62,530 nt of DNA, filler included, from Basidiobolus ranarum (GCA_040143965.1; 34 parts of 34 records of this genome joined end to end with filler, not necessarily neighbours in it); one strand, 5' to 3'. Positions 1 through 13,169 are shown, counted from the first letter of the whole stretch. Numbers and translations are program-made. Notes: generated by a model from the sequence alone, not told the origin.

Positions 1-1750
1 GTAGGCCTTGGATCCATCACAGTAGCCAAGAAATATGCATTTTGTTCTTTGGGGCTCCAATTTTGAGGATTTTTGAGCAGGAATTAGGCAATATTCTGTG
101 CAACCAACGCTCGTTAGATGATCCACACTTAGTTTTGATCCAGACAGGGCTTCAAATGGTGTAGAAATCCATAGCAATCTTGTTGGGCATCTGTTTGTGA
201 TATAGACTGCAGTGGAGACAGATTCAGCGCAATATTGGTAATCTAACTTTTGATTGTGTAACAGTGAACTTGCCATCTCCACAATGGTCCTATTAGCTTG
301 TTCTGCAACTCCATTTTGCTGTCAAATATAAGGTACAGTAGTTTGTTGCTTAATTGCATGTTTTGAGCAAATACTAGCAAAGTCTTTAGAGAAGTATTCT
401 CTACCATTATCACTTCTTTGTACCATTATTGTTTGTGCTGATTCTTATTCTCCCATTGCTTTCTAGTGCTTGAATTTAGCTAAGGCTTCAGATTTTCATT
501 TGAGAAAGAATACCCAAGTATATCTTGTTTTGTTATCAATAAAAATCATACAGTACCTTTTCCCACCCAGTAAGATGTTTTTCATTGGCCCACATAGGTC
601 AGAATGAATCAGGGAAAAATTCTGACTGGATTTGATCTCTCCAGAGCTTGAAAATGGCTGTCTGTGATGTTTTCCATATATGCAACCTTCACACAGGTCC
701 CATTTAGTGATATTTCCAATTTCCAAGCCTGAAACAAGCTGATTTGGATCATTTGGGTTGGTTTTTGCTCCCCAAAATGGCCTAATCTTCTAGCCTAAGG
801 TTCTATGCCTTGTTTGACAACTTATGTCACCAGTTTTGGCCAGGTTTGCATGCTCAGAATGCAATTTGTTGACTTCTAGATTGTATAAGTTTTGAGTTTT
901 GATCACAGTAGCTAATTTGGTACTATTCTGATCTTCAATAGTGCATGCAGCCTTGCTGAACACAAAATTTAATCCTCAAGTTGTTGCTTGGCTTACTGAG
1001 AGGAGATTCTTGGCTATATTTGATACAAAGAATACATCATCTAATTTTGCAGATGGTGTAGCTCAATTTTGGTCTAAATTGAGTAAAACTGTGCCCTTAC
1101 CAACTGCATCGAGTGCAAAGTCATCACCTAGGTAGACTTTCCTTGTTCATTTTGGTTTTAAGCTGGAAAGCCAATCTTTCCTGTTTGACATATGCTGGGA
1201 AGCTCCTGAATCAATATACCACATTTCTGAGTCTTCTTTAGTGGTTACTGATAAGGCAGACACCAATAGATGATCTCTAGCAGTGATTACTTGATTTGCT
1301 TGTTCTGATTTTAGCTTTCTGGCCAAAATCCTAATTCTGCAATCTTTGTTTAAATGGCCTGGTTTCTTGCAATACTTGCAGATGAGTAATTTCCTAATAG
1401 GGGCACCATGATTGAAGCCTGTTGGATGTTTTACAGTTCCAAAAAATGCCTGTTCTGCAATATTTTGCTGAGAATTAGATCTCCTTAACTCTTCATTCAA
1501 AAACCTAGCACCAACATATTCCATTGTTATTGGCTCTGATCTTGATTGTAGGGCAAGTATGAGGCTCCCATACTTGTCAGGCAGGCTCCCAAGTAGTGTC
1601 ATGACTAAGTCATCTGCATTTAGAGGTGCTCCAATGGAGGAGAGCTGATCTGCCATAGTTTTTATCCAATTTATATGATTAAGCGTAGAAGCATCAGGAT
1701 TCATTGGAATCGAGAATAATTTTTGCCTAAGATATAGCCTATTAGCCAGA
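1..1750 (-). mobile_element. Ty1/copia gag-protease-integrase fragment, decayed
   Basis: Gag LLGSLPDKY, zinc knuckle CKYCKKPGHLNKDC, protease WYIDSGASQHM, integrase CEGCIYGKHHR / LIHSDLCGP / FIDNKTRYTWVFFLK. Stops and frameshifts are present. Confidence 0.95.
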
Positions 1751-1850
1751 NNNNNNNNNNNNNNNNNNNNNNNNNNNNNNNNNNNNNNNNNNNNTTAATT
1801 AATTAANNNNNNNNNNNNNNNNNNNNNNNNNNNNNNNNNNNNNNNNNNNN
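1751..1850. other. Assembly spacer (N44-TTAATTAATTAA-N44); first of 33 identical spacers
   Basis: The same 100-bp pattern recurs every ~1.84 kb. The linker gives stops in all six frames. Contig lengths fall steadily from 1750 to about 1735 bp. Confidence 0.99.
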
Positions 1851-2781
1851 GGAGTAAACGATTCTGTAGTCACTGTAGATTCATATATGAAGGAGAATTT
1901 ATTTGTATACATTAAACTATATTCAATAGTCAGCGATTTCTGAATACTGAATGATTTACTGAGAAATAATTGTAAACACGATGGTGTAGCGCCATGCTCG
2001 GCATCTATATAGAAAAGTATGTGTATGCTACCTTAGTTGTGACTGCAACACTTTAGAGCAAAACTCTATCGTTCAAATTATTTTTGTTTGCTTGATTTCT
2101 ACTATGAGTTCGCACTATGTCTATGTTTTTGATGTGCCCTTATTGTCTACTATAGGAATGCTTCATATTGGCATTGGTTCCCTTTGGGAGGTGTAGTGTG
2201 GCTTTGATTTTGGTTATTAGAAAATGTGATCAAATCCATTGGATGTTTTGGCGAACTCCAAATCAGATCATCAATGCTGTTGTACATCTACTATTACCAC
2301 ACATAACAAGAAGACTGTTTGCTTAGGCTGTCATGAAAGGAAACTAAATTGACCGCTCTCACTGTTGAAATGTCAAAAATACTAAGTTCGCGAACAGTTA
2401 CTATGGCTACGTGTGACTAAATATTTTATGGGGGCGTGTCTATGTATCAATTTCAGCTCACTTCATTATCTATATATATGTTTCTTTACAATTCTCTTAA
2501 AGTTTTGTATCTTCACTTATCATATATAGTTTTTCTTCTGATTATTTGTGAAGCTGTAGCCTATCTTTTGAGTATATATGATGTAGGTCTTATCTATATA
2601 AATATCCCTAGCCACTTCCGAGCCATCTCAATACATAGAGTAGATTCTATTTACTAGATATAACCATATCTGAATATCATTACATAGACGCATTGAGTCA
2701 GAATGTGAGAAATGCTTTATTACTCTTTACTATACTTGATCCATTATCTCAAACAATTTGTTATACCACTACTATCATAAA

Positions 2782-3107
2782 TGTTGAAATTAGCATAGCC
2801 TAAACATCTATATAGTCATGTATAGCTTAGTATTTAGTCATTCCATATTTTACTATGATATCACCTACTATTCTCAATTGGAATTTGCTTAAAAGCTTAA
2901 AGATATATAGATTTTGAGAACTTATCCTAGAGGCCTCAAACCTTGCATACATATCTCTCAGACCTTTTTTAGCATATTCTACACGTTTGTTTGCTTACCC
3001 TTGGACAAAACTATAAATGCCAGTTTTCCACTCAATAAATGAATAAGTGAAAGCCAACAATTCTTCTAGTTCTCCAAATCACTTCCAACAACTCCCGATA
3101 TACTTTA
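2782..3107 (+). repeat. Copia LTR family A copy
   Basis: Begins TGTTGAAATTAGCA and matches the copies at 20888-21235 and 26064-26411. Confidence 0.8.
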
Positions 3108-3289
3108 CTTTAACAATAAAAGTAGAAGAGTGAATAGAGAGATTATATACTGACCAGTTTGCAGCAGCTTAGCATAAATGTGGGCTGCATCTTTTTCAGG
3201 TCACTTGAGTATTATTGCTATGCACACTAAAGGTATGAGGAGCCCCAAGTTGACTATTTCATTAGCACCTCATACCTCCGTTTTAAAAG

Positions 3290-3600
3290 TGTTAAAGTAT
3301 TTGGGAGCCTGTTGGAAGTGGTTTGGAGAATTAGAGAAATTGGTGGTTTTCAATTATTGATTTATTGAGTAGAAAGTTGACATTTATACTTTTGTCAAGA
3401 TATAAGCAAACCAGCGTGTAGAATGTGTTAAGAAAAGCCCCAGGAACATGTGTGCAAAGTTTGGGGCTTCTAGCACTAGTTTGAAAAATCTGTATATCTG
3501 AGAACTTCTAAGTTGGTAAAAATATTCCAAGTAAAATCCTCATGAGAATAATGGGTAATATCTTAGTGAAATATAAGATAACTAAGTACTAAGCTATAAA
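3290..3600 (-). repeat. Copia LTR family A copy, inverted relative to the copy at 2782
   Basis: Closely matches 26064-26370 (gtatttgggagcctgttggaagtggtttgg...). Confidence 0.85.
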
Positions 3601-3700
3601 NNNNNNNNNNNNNNNNNNNNNNNNNNNNNNNNNNNNNNNNNNNNTTAATTAATTAANNNNNNNNNNNNNNNNNNNNNNNNNNNNNNNNNNNNNNNNNNNN

Positions 3701-4138
3701 TCCTCCATTAGTTTGCTGGTAAAGCATATTGATGTTGTTGCGTTATGTCTAATCAGTCAAGTATGTGCATATGTAGAAACTAAACACAACAAGATACTTG
3801 TATTTTTTGATTCTCATTATGGCTGTAATAAAAAGCCTAAAATATCTAAATAAAGGAATGCATATTGATTTGAATTCCTACAGCAGTAAACCCAGCAATT
3901 TGCCATTTGAAAATTAGATTTTTGCAAAAATGGCCGGATATTGAATAATGCATGCCAAATTTGAGGATCAATATTTTAACATGTATGAATACCATTAAGA
4001 TATCATCAAGAAACCACCATCACACTCTCAGAATCCCTGGCAGAATGCAAGCCACCAATATTGTGATGGTTGTCTGATGGTTTTGCTATCTAGAAGGGTG
4101 GCTCTAATCCTGGTCAGATCATTTTATTTTTGTGAGGA
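3701..4138 (+). mobile_element. CMC/EnSpm DNA transposon, transposase-side terminal arm
   Basis: Matches 6320-6756, 51970-52350 and 56082-56510. Ends in a degenerate terminus (ttttatttttgtgagga). Confidence 0.8.
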
Positions 4139-4139
4139 C

Positions 4140-5449
4140 AGAGTTTTTATCTAATTTACATAATCTGCCATAGCTTCATTGGATTTCATTTTAATTGAGA
4201 CTTATTTTTATTCAAAATATAGCCTATTAGACAGACTTTTTGTATCATATAGTCCCTGAAGTGTTTTACAAGCGGGTTGGATGTTTTGGCTGAGTAGATG
4301 TGTCTCAATTGTGAGTTTTTGCCATGTAGACAAAGTGTGGATAGTTCTGTCCTCTGATTCTTGTTAGCGGAAAGAATAGCTTCTGGTGGTCTCTTTAACT
4401 CTATTTCTTCTCCTGTAACAGATTCCTAAAGGTTTGCATCTTCTACCACCATTTGCACCTTGAACCTGTAAGATCAAAGTCTTCACCATCTAACTTTTTC
4501 AAAAAATCAAGGAAATTGAAAAGAGTGAATAGATATTCCCATCAACTAGAGCAATAAACACAGATTTTTGAATGGCAGAATTGAGCGCTAAATAAGCAGA
4601 ATATGAATATATTGACTACTAAGCAATGAGTTGCTATTGACCTGATTTCAACAGCATAGAACATTAGTGGATGTATTTCATGTTTGTGAAATTGCAAAGA
4701 ACCTGTTCTCTTTTAGAAAAGTTATGCTTGAAGGATGTCAGGTGGTGTTCTCTGAAGGGAAGTGCTATATTAAAAAGAATAACAACTCCAATACAGTTTC
4801 AGCTGAAGGAAGCAAGGATCAATATCTTTACTGCTTAGTTGATAGGAACTCCAAATATTCTACTTTATTTGAAGACAAGCTGAGCAAGTTGTCATTGTCA
4901 CATAAACATTTTGATCATCTGAGGCTGCTGAACCTGTAAGCATTGTAAGAGAAGGAAATAGTCTGAAGACTTCAACTATGAAATTCTACCACTAAAGAAT
5001 TGTATGTAGGACACTTATATTACCTCATTCTTTCTAATCTATGTTTACATATGAATAGCACTTCACCTGGAGGTGAAAGAAACTCCATTTAACTTTCCAA
5101 TGACCTGTCAAGACTGACCTTTGTGTATCACTTGAAGCACATGATTCAAAGTCTAGAAGATTGTTAGAAATCAAAGCTGCAGTAGAGAATGAAACAGCGA
5201 AGAAAGTTAAGGCTCTAAGAACAGATAATGGTGGAGAGAACACATTACTGATGTACAATAGAATTCTCAACTGCTGTGGAATTAGTCAAGAAATCAATGT
5301 CTCTTATACTCCACAACAGAAGGTGTCTCTCAAAGGAACAGCTGGACTATAGTAGAAACAGCCAAAGCTATGTTACATCAACAAAAACTTGGCTTGAATT
5401 CTGGGTAGAAACTGTCTCAGCAGTAATCTACTTGAGGCACAGAAGCCCA
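4140..5449. mobile_element. Copia fragments: gag (-, ~4140-4510), LTR family E piece (-, ~4520-4652), protease/integrase (+, ~4655-5449)
   Basis: EKLDGEDF..FKVQMVVED on minus. KVKALRTDNGGE, SYTPQQ and FWVETVSAVIYL on plus. The LTR piece matches 17290-17411. Confidence 0.85.
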
Positions 5450-5549
5450 NNNNNNNNNNNNNNNNNNNNNNNNNNNNNNNNNNNNNNNNNNNNTTAATTA
5501 ATTAANNNNNNNNNNNNNNNNNNNNNNNNNNNNNNNNNNNNNNNNNNNN

Positions 5550-6756
5550 TGTTGCTATTGTTATTATACTCCCATGGCATCAACTCACATTGGCAAATCT
5601 TAGGCAGATACAGTGACTGTGCAAAGATTTTGCAATTGGCTATGAAAAATTATACTCTAGATTTAATGAAGATAGACTGAATCTATGCCTGTATTCAATA
5701 CATTCCCTACTGCATCTTTCACAATGCTTAGAGATTATAGGCCCTAGCTATCCATTCTGGGAGTTCACAATGGAGCACACCTGTGGTGAAATGATGCTCC
5801 ATGTGAAGTTGTCAGTATTACCTTATGCTTATCTGATTAACAATATATCAGCAAAAGCAGTTATGGATGTAATGCAATGGGTTAAGGAGACTCCAGAGTG
5901 TATTAACCTGCCAACAAAGGGCTCTTTTCAATGTGCCTATGGGTTTTTGTATTGTTTGAGCACAATAACAGCAACAAAGCCAATTCCATGCACACAGAGT
6001 AAGTACCTCTATAACTTGGACTAATTTGCTTGTGTGATGATCTGATGGTGTTTTTAGGAAAGCTGCAAGACAGACTTCTTGGTGTGATAGATCAAGATAC
6101 ACAGTGTTATTATTTTAGCCACGGGGTAATCTATTCAAGAAGTGATATATCTACTTGTGGCAGGACATTTGTTGACTGCAAGTTGGGGATATATTGGCTG
6201 AATTTTTTATGAAAATTTGCCAGAATCCAAGAGCTTATTATCATTGTGAATGGTAACCAGAGTCAGCCATTTGCCAAGTGTCAGTGCTGTTCAAAATTTC
6301 AGATGTTTAGCAATTTTTCCACCATTAGTTTGCTGCTACAACACATTGATGTTGTTGAGTTATGTCTAATCAGTCAAGTGTGTGCATATGTAGAGACTAA
6401 ACACAACAAGATTCTTGTATTTTTTGATTCTCATTATGATTGGAATACAAAGCCTAAAATATCTAAATAAAGGCATGCATATTAAATCAAATTCCTACAG
6501 TAGTCAACCCAGTAATTTGCAATTTGAAAATTTGTTTTTTGAAAAAATTGTTGGAAATTAAATAATGCATGCCAAATATGAGGATCAATATTTTGCAATG
6601 TATGATTACTATCATAATACCATCATGAAGCCACCATCTCACCATTAAAATTCCTGGCAGAATGTAAGCCACCAATACTGTGATGGTCTTCCAGTGGTTT
6701 TGCAATCCAGAAGGGTGGATCTGATCCTGATCAAGTAAAATATTTTCTTTATAGGG
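5550..6756 (+). mobile_element. CMC/EnSpm transposase C-terminal region plus terminal arm, decayed
   Basis: IHSLLHLSQCLEIIGPSYPFWEFTMEHTCGEM..VK...PY fits the H-x-L-x-H...GP...W-x-F-x-ME-R-x-CG motif of EnSpm transposases. Ends ...ttctttataggg. Confidence 0.85.
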
Positions 6757-7187
6757 TGTATAAGTCACCATATTCTTCTAAGAGTAAAGAAACTAAAATA
6801 CTACTATAAGTAGCCTCTAGTATACAGAGTCTTCCCCAATTTTGTTAAGAACCTCTAAAAATATTGCTCTTCACAAAGTGGTTTAGTGTATTATAAAAAA
6901 GTAGCTAAATCTGGTCAGAATATATAGAAAAAAAACAAAAGCACTTTATTGAACATGGTAAAGATCATGCTATTATGAGTGGGAAGTTTTTACAAAGAAC
7001 CTTAGGCTAAAATAGATAAACAATCGCATAGAGAGATAAAATGGGTGAGCTGCAAATTGATTTCATGTACTTGTGAATCACTTTTCATGCCTATTTGCAA
7101 TTGGAAGTCCTCTGTCAAAACAGGATCAAGTGAAATACTTGCCAATATCTCTCGGATATTGTAACTTACATTTTTCATAGGGGTATT

Positions 7188-7296
7188 TGTTGGAGGATCT
7201 TGACATAATGGGGGTAGACTTTGATTATTAGAAGCAACTTATGATAGTGTGTTTTAGTTAGTTTATTTTTAAGAGTATATGGTGACTTATATAGTA
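7188..7296 (-). repeat. Copia LTR family C, 3' end
   Basis: Reverse complement of ~51025-51135 (ending CCTCCAACA). A more diverged copy lies at ~6760-6860 on plus. Confidence 0.75.
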
Positions 7297-7696
7297 NNNN
7301 NNNNNNNNNNNNNNNNNNNNNNNNNNNNNNNNNNNNNNNNTTAATTAATTAANNNNNNNNNNNNNNNNNNNNNNNNNNNNNNNNNNNNNNNNNNNNCTTA
7401 CTGTTATTTTTGATTGGGTATACCCCTTTTATCGGATTATTCTCAAACAGCATTGAAGCCAATATATTTTTAGTCAGGTGCTAGCATATTATTCAACAGA
7501 AAGCTGGACATTGCATTGTGGTTTATCAGTCCTTAGACATTTCTAGAGGCTTAAATCCTTTCATAAAACCCAAGAGGCAAGAGACAGACCCATATTACAG
7601 TACATCCCAGAGTTATTCCACCATGGCTATTGCACCCTTTGCATACCTTACAAAACCCTTAAGACATTGCAGTTGTAGTTGCTGCTTACACCCTTA

Positions 7697-7798
7697 TGAC
7701 TTGTTCACTGTGATAGTGCCAGATTGTGCTGTATATGTCATATTGGATAAAGTATTCTAAAATTTATGCGGCACAATTTGGCACTATCCATCACCCTC
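7697..7798 (+). mobile_element. Partial MITE, AGACTTGTTCC-TIR family
   Basis: tgacttgttcactgtgatagtgccagattgtgctg... matches the right arm of 28559-28740. Confidence 0.7.
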
Positions 7799-7799
7799 T

Positions 7800-8714
7800 G
7801 TGTCCTCCTAGGTCTCTGTTGGCTTTGACACCTTATCAGGCATGGTTTGAAAGTAAATCAGATGTGGCCAATTGCAGAGTTTTTGGAAGTTCCACATGTG
7901 CAATAATTCCAGACCAGAAGAGATCAAAATTAGACCAAAAAAGCCAAAATACTTTTTTTGGGATATTGTGATCCAACCCAAGGGTAGAGACTATATGACA
8001 CTGAAGATAAAAAGCAAATCAAGTCAAGAGATGTGGAATTTGCTGAAGAAGAAAAAATTTCAATCAAAACAATTCAGGATCACAAAAAACAACCAAAAAT
8101 TGATGAAAATTCTTCTTTCTCACTCCAGATCCTGATTGGTGAGAAAAAAATTGAAAATACCTCACCTGCAGTCTCCTCAACAAAGCCTGAGGTGGTTTCA
8201 TTGCATAAATTGGTACACAAAGTTGTAGTGCAAGTTTCCCATTTTAGGAGATCTAAATGCATGAGATCTTTACCTGAGTACTACTCTCACTTTGGCTAAA
8301 GGAGCCTAGTGCATATTGAGCATTTCCTGATGAGCCTAAATCAGTACAGGAGGCTATGGAGAGTCCCAACACAGAGTTTTGGAGTGCTGCAATGGCAGAG
8401 AAGTATTCATTACTCATAGATAGCCAAACTTGGACTTTGGCTAAGTTACCTGATGACCAAAAAATAATTGCATGCAAATGGGCATTTAAAGTTAAACAGC
8501 AAGCTGATGGATCTGTAGAAAGAAATAAAGCCAGGCTTATGGTTCAAGGATACTCTCAAATGGAAGGAGTGGACTATAATGAAACATTTGCTCCTATAGC
8601 AAAGTTCAATTCTATCAGAACTGTACTAGCAGTGGCAGCAAAACAAAGCTTAAAAATCTATCAAATGGATGTTAAAGCTGCTATTTTGAATGGAGTCTTG
8701 GAAGAGGTTGTATT
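7800..8714 (+). mobile_element. Ty1/copia integrase C-terminus to RT N-terminus, decayed
   Basis: [69 protein letters not shown]. Confidence 0.95.
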
Positions 8715-8975
8715 TGTTGAAGTTTATTGTCTTTATCATATTTTTTATCTCTATCTCTATACACCCAACTATTATATATATTCCATATAAGTTAGTTAAC
8801 ATTACTTTGTAAAATATTACTTAAATGAAAATTAGCACATATATTATTTGTATATGTGAATAATGTGCAAATTGGCAGTTCCATATTGGAATTTACAAAC
8901 TTGTCCAAATTGCCCCAAAGATAGTTCATTTTACTCCCACAGATGTTCTGAACACAACCCCAGAGTTAGTTTTTG
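8715..8975 (+). repeat. Copia LTR family D (partial) inserted into the RT coding region
   Basis: Begins TGTTGAAGTTTATTGTC and matches 46557-46916. Confidence 0.85.
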
Positions 8976-9243
8976 AAATCCCTAGTCTCTTTGATATAAT
9001 CTCCTGAATATTTTTATAGAGTTCTTCATACCCAAGGTTTGGCTCATACCCAACATGAGTTTGATTCAATATCTCCATCAAAGCCCATCATTGTATTAAC
9101 ATTGCTGAATCAACATTCTTCTAGCTATCTGGCGGATACCCTGNNNNNNNNNNNNNNNNNNNNNNNNNNNNNNNNNNNNNNNNNNNNTTAATTAATTAAN
9201 NNNNNNNNNNNNNNNNNNNNNNNNNNNNNNNNNNNNNNNNNNN

Positions 9244-9478
9244 AATCCTAGTTGAAGAACTCCCTGAATATGAAGCTAGCAAAATTCTAGATTCCAGAAT
9301 TTATTGATGTCAATTGCAATATTTGGTGGACTGGAAAAGATACTCAACAAATGATCAATCATGGGAGCCAGCAACAAATCTTTCCAATTCCAAGGAACTT
9401 TGCCAGGAGTTTCATGAAGCCTAACCAGAAAAACCTGGCTCTATGATGTCTGGAAGCCATCACTAAAGAAGGGGATAC
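9244..9478 (+). mobile_element. Ty3/gypsy chromovirus 3' end: chromodomain and polypurine tract
   Basis: EYEASKILDSR...QYLVDWKRYSTNDQSWEPATNLSNS...EFH is a chromodomain. AAAGAAGGGGATAC (PPT) lies directly before the LTR. Confidence 0.92.
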
Positions 9479-10013
9479 TGTCATGATTCTGATCTTGGCA
9501 TACTGATCCACTGCAAATAGAACTCTTTGATTATTAGGTTACAACATCATATCTGCTGAGATATCCCTTCTTGGCAATCTGGTGTTAGTTCATCCAGATT
9601 ACCTTATATGGAAGTCATGTTCTTTGGAACATTCCATGAAACCTAACTAATCATGTCATCCCACTCTTTGTGTATTTCCACCAAGACCTTCCATGGAAGG
9701 TGACCTGATCATCCTTACATCATCCCTCTTTGTATTGGTCCTTGAAGTCCCTAGCACCCCAGCCCTTGAAGTTGCCACAGTATATTCCCTATTGAGTATA
9801 TTTTGTTTCACCTTGCAATATCTATATAAGCCCCATGTATTCCTTGATCAGATCTCAGTCTGATCAATGCCAGTCATCAATAAATATTCTTGCCTAAGTA
9901 TCTTCCCTGTCCAGTCTTGTCTTGTCTTATCTTGTGGTCTACACCCAAGTACTCTCCTGCCTTCTAGCCTCTTGTCATTGTTCCCAGTCCTTGTCCAGCT
10001 CCTTATTGTGACA
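9479..10013 (+). repeat. Complete 3' LTR of the chromovirus (family B, 535 bp)
   Basis: TGTCA...TGACA terminal inverted repeat. Partial copies at 27007-27093, 42425-42722, 49780-50084 (-) and 51619-51727. Confidence 0.9.
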
Positions 10014-10990
10014 CTTTCATTCAACTCAAGTGTTGAAAAGCTCAATTGAGAACATAATATTTTCTGGAAGTTCAAGATGCAAATTATGCTGGAAGACAGG
10101 GAGCTTTGCAATGTAGTCTGTGGAGATTAAAAGAAACCTTCTGATCTTCTTTATTAGAAGCTGACAAGAAAAGAGACAAGATGGCCTTTAAAGTCATTTG
10201 TTAAAGTTTGAAGTATTGTTAATTTGTGAATATTCAATATGCAAAGACTTTTCTTCAAGCTTGGACTATATTGGAGGAGTGTGAAGAATCAAAGAGTCTT
10301 GCTAATAGACTCTTTCTCAGACAAAAATTCTTCAATATAAAGATGCTCAAGTCTGAAAGTATGGTTACTCATATTGCAAATCTGAGATCTTTGGCAAAAC
10401 AACTAGAAAATATTGGGGAACTATACAGGAAGATAATGTCATTATGACTCTTCTAAGTAGTCTACCAGAAGAGTATTCAAACTTGGTCACTGCCTTGGAA
10501 GCAAGATCTGACAAGTTATCTTTGAAGTTTGTGGTGGCAAGACTAATGCATCAACACATCAGAAGTAAGAATTTGGAAAAAGAATCAGAGAAAGTGACTC
10601 TTTTTGGAGGTGGAAAATGTAGCTTTGGCAAGTACAAAGGTAACAGAAGAAGGAAAGCAGGTTTTTGCTATGGCTGTAACAAACCAGGACACCAGTTAAA
10701 ACATTGAAAATGAAAAACTCAAACAAAAATGAGAAGTTAGAATGAACAAATCTAGTTTCAATCAAAAAGGAAGTTTTATTCATTTCTGCCCATCAGTGAC
10801 CTCAGAACAAGACTGTAGGTTGTGGTATATTGATTCTGGAGCCTCTCAATATTTCTCTCATCAACAAAACCGGTTTAAGACACTCAAAACTGATATAAAC
10901 AAGAAGGTTTATATGGGAGATGACTGGCCACTAGAAGCTCTGGGAGTGGGAGAAATTGAAGTGGATCTTGGGGACACCTCTGGGGGCATG
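10014..10990 (+). mobile_element. Ty1/copia gag-protease, interrupted at its 5' end by the chromovirus
   Basis: WKFKMQIMLEDREL, LLSSLPEEY, CYGCNKPGHQLKH, WYIDSGASQY. Same gag family as 53455-53745. Confidence 0.93.
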
Positions 10991-11509
10991 NNNNNNNNNN
11001 NNNNNNNNNNNNNNNNNNNNNNNNNNNNNNNNNNTTAATTAATTAANNNNNNNNNNNNNNNNNNNNNNNNNNNNNNNNNNNNNNNNNNNNTAATGCCAAA
11101 TAATCACTTAATAGATTCCAATGTAGGTAAGCACTGATCCAAATATTACAAATAATTAATATTTCTCCTAACTAGACTTGTCATCAGGTTTAGTACCAGA
11201 TAGTGCACCATGCGTATGATGGCGCATTTTGATATCCTGCTCATCTATTCAAAATAGTTTCTGCTGAATGCACAAGATACGAGTCGGATTTGTTTCTTTG
11301 TTTCATATCCGTTTCACAATTCATTGTCATGTTCCAAAAGTTCGCATTCCATTCTGATATCTGTGCAAAATACTATCATGAAGCATTATTATCCAAGTTA
11401 TAAATTACAGTATTACAGGTGTAGAAGTGAAGTTAGGGTGAGGGGGACAAAAAGCACCATATGGTGTGAACTTTATTTTGCTTAATTTCTAATCTAAACA
11501 AAGTGACAA

Positions 11510-12837
11510 TCAAGATATTAATCTTTTCAGATATTGTGACAATACTAGATCATATCCATACTTAACTTGATGACCAATGTATTCAAGTTCAGAGGATGTA
11601 AACATAGTGCTAAGGGCCAGAGGTGGTAAGCAGAAAGGAAGGTACTCAGTACAAACTAAATGGATAATAGGACAAAAACCTGGAATAATGCAAATCAAGA
11701 AAGGAGTCTTAGAGTCAAGGTATTGCTTCCAAAGGTTCAGCTGGAAGTCTATAGCAACAGTTTTAGGCTGTTTTGTTTCATGCAGCTGTAAAGCTAACTC
11801 AGAAACAAGAGGATCATCTTGTATCAATTTCCAGCATGATAGTGCATTTGAAGATGGTGTGGCTAACCACTTCTTAATCAGTGAATTTCTGCAGTCATTT
11901 AGTTGGAGTAGATATCTTGCCCTGAGTAAAGCTACTCTGATACGATATGGGAAGAATCCAAAAGTTTGATTCAGAGCATGATCAAAGGGAGTCTGAGGCA
12001 GTAGCTGATGAATCTATCAAGCTTAGAGTAGTCTCTTTGGTTGAGTGGGAGCAATGTACTCCGTATTCCAGAACTGGTATCACAAACTGCTTGAGAAGTG
12101 TTTGACAACAATGATAAGATGTATTGAGTGGTGTAACAGCAAGTAACTTATGAACATCCTGTTTAGCCAAGGCAATTCTAACTGACAAGTGTTTCTTCAC
12201 ATCAATGCCAGTTTGAGTAAATGGAAAGCCTAGATATGTTGCATGGTTCATATGAAGAAGCTGAATATCATACAAGGAAATGGTGCAATCAACTGGAATT
12301 GTTTTGGCACTAGAAAGCTCCAAGTTATTCTCTGAAAGGTATCTCTGAATAGTGGTAGGATCAAGCTGAGGCTGAGAAGTAGAAACTCTGAATTCATCAG
12401 CCAATAAAGTAAGCTGGGATCCAGGGGACAGCTGAGGAAAATTATTCAGAAATATCACAAAAAGCAGAGGACCTAGCACTGAACCTTGCACCACACCATT
12501 GGGCACTGGGTACAGGCAGGAAGTGAATTCAGGATCGAGGATTCTGGCTTTACTGTCAGTAAAGAGGGCTCTCACTAGCATAGTGCAGGACTTGGAAGTT
12601 AAAGACTGAAGCTTACTCCACAGTAGATCTCTGTCTACTAAGTCAAAGGCTTAGATGATGTCAAAGAGAATGGCAGATAGTGGATATTGCAAAGCATTGT
12701 CATGACTGAGTACCACAGCCATATCCAAGGAGAGCTTAGGAAGAAAGCCAAATTGACTAGTGTGAAAGCATGGAAGCCTCTCATGGATGGATTTCACTAA
12801 GAGCAGCTCAAACACCTTCCTAAAAGTAGGTAGCAAA
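11510..12837 (-). mobile_element. Non-LTR (LINE-like) retrotransposon reverse transcriptase, decayed
   Basis: KVFE...SQFGF, FDII*AFDLVDR, GVVQGSVLGPLLF, LLADE (degenerate FADD), YLGFPF. ORFs 12651-12836 and 11982-12581 share a frame and are separated by one stop. Confidence 0.9.
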
Positions 12838-12938
12838 NNNNNNNNNNNNNNNNNNNNNNNNNNNNNNNNNNNNNNNNNNNNTTAATTAATTAANNNNNNN
12901 NNNNNNNNNNNNNNNNNNNNNNNNNNNNNNNNNNNNNA

Positions 12939-13169
12939 GGCGGCCGGGGGGGACGGGGGCGCGGTCGTGGAGGTCGTGGTCGCGGTAGAAGAGGCCGGGG
13001 ACGTGGTCGTTTTGGAAGAGGTCGTGGTCGCTTTGGTCGTGGCCGGTTTGGCAGAGGTGGAAGATTTGGTCGTTTCGGTGGTCGCGGTTTTGGTAGATTC
13101 GGGAGATTTGGTTATGGTGGATATGGATGGAATGATGATTGTGGTGGAGATGATTGCGGAAGCTGTTAG
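12939..13169 (+). CDS. C-terminal part of a Gly/Arg/Phe-rich secreted-precursor paralog
   Basis: Frame absent from the ORF track: GGRGGRGRGRGG...RFGRGGRFGRFGGRGFGRFGRFGYGGYGWNDDCGGDDCGSC*. AATAAA follows at 13264. Shares gaagaggccggggacgtggtcgttttggaagagg with 14642. Confidence 0.85.
   Translation, partial: GGRGGRGRGRGGRGRGRRGRGRGRFGRGRGRFGRGRFGRGGRFGRFGGRGFGRFGRFGYGGYGWNDDCGGDDCGSC

Noticed and set aside
1795-1806. Regularly spaced TTAATTAATTAA as a CRISPR-like or biological repeat
   Set aside because: It is always centred in N runs and is an artificial contig linker. ORFs ending in X...LIN are artefacts of it.
1851-2780. Short ORF 2436-2657 and other ORFs in unique AT-rich DNA (also 19000-19800, 24010-25200, 57500-58700)
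   Set aside because: No recognisable motifs; consistent with intergenic or promoter sequence.
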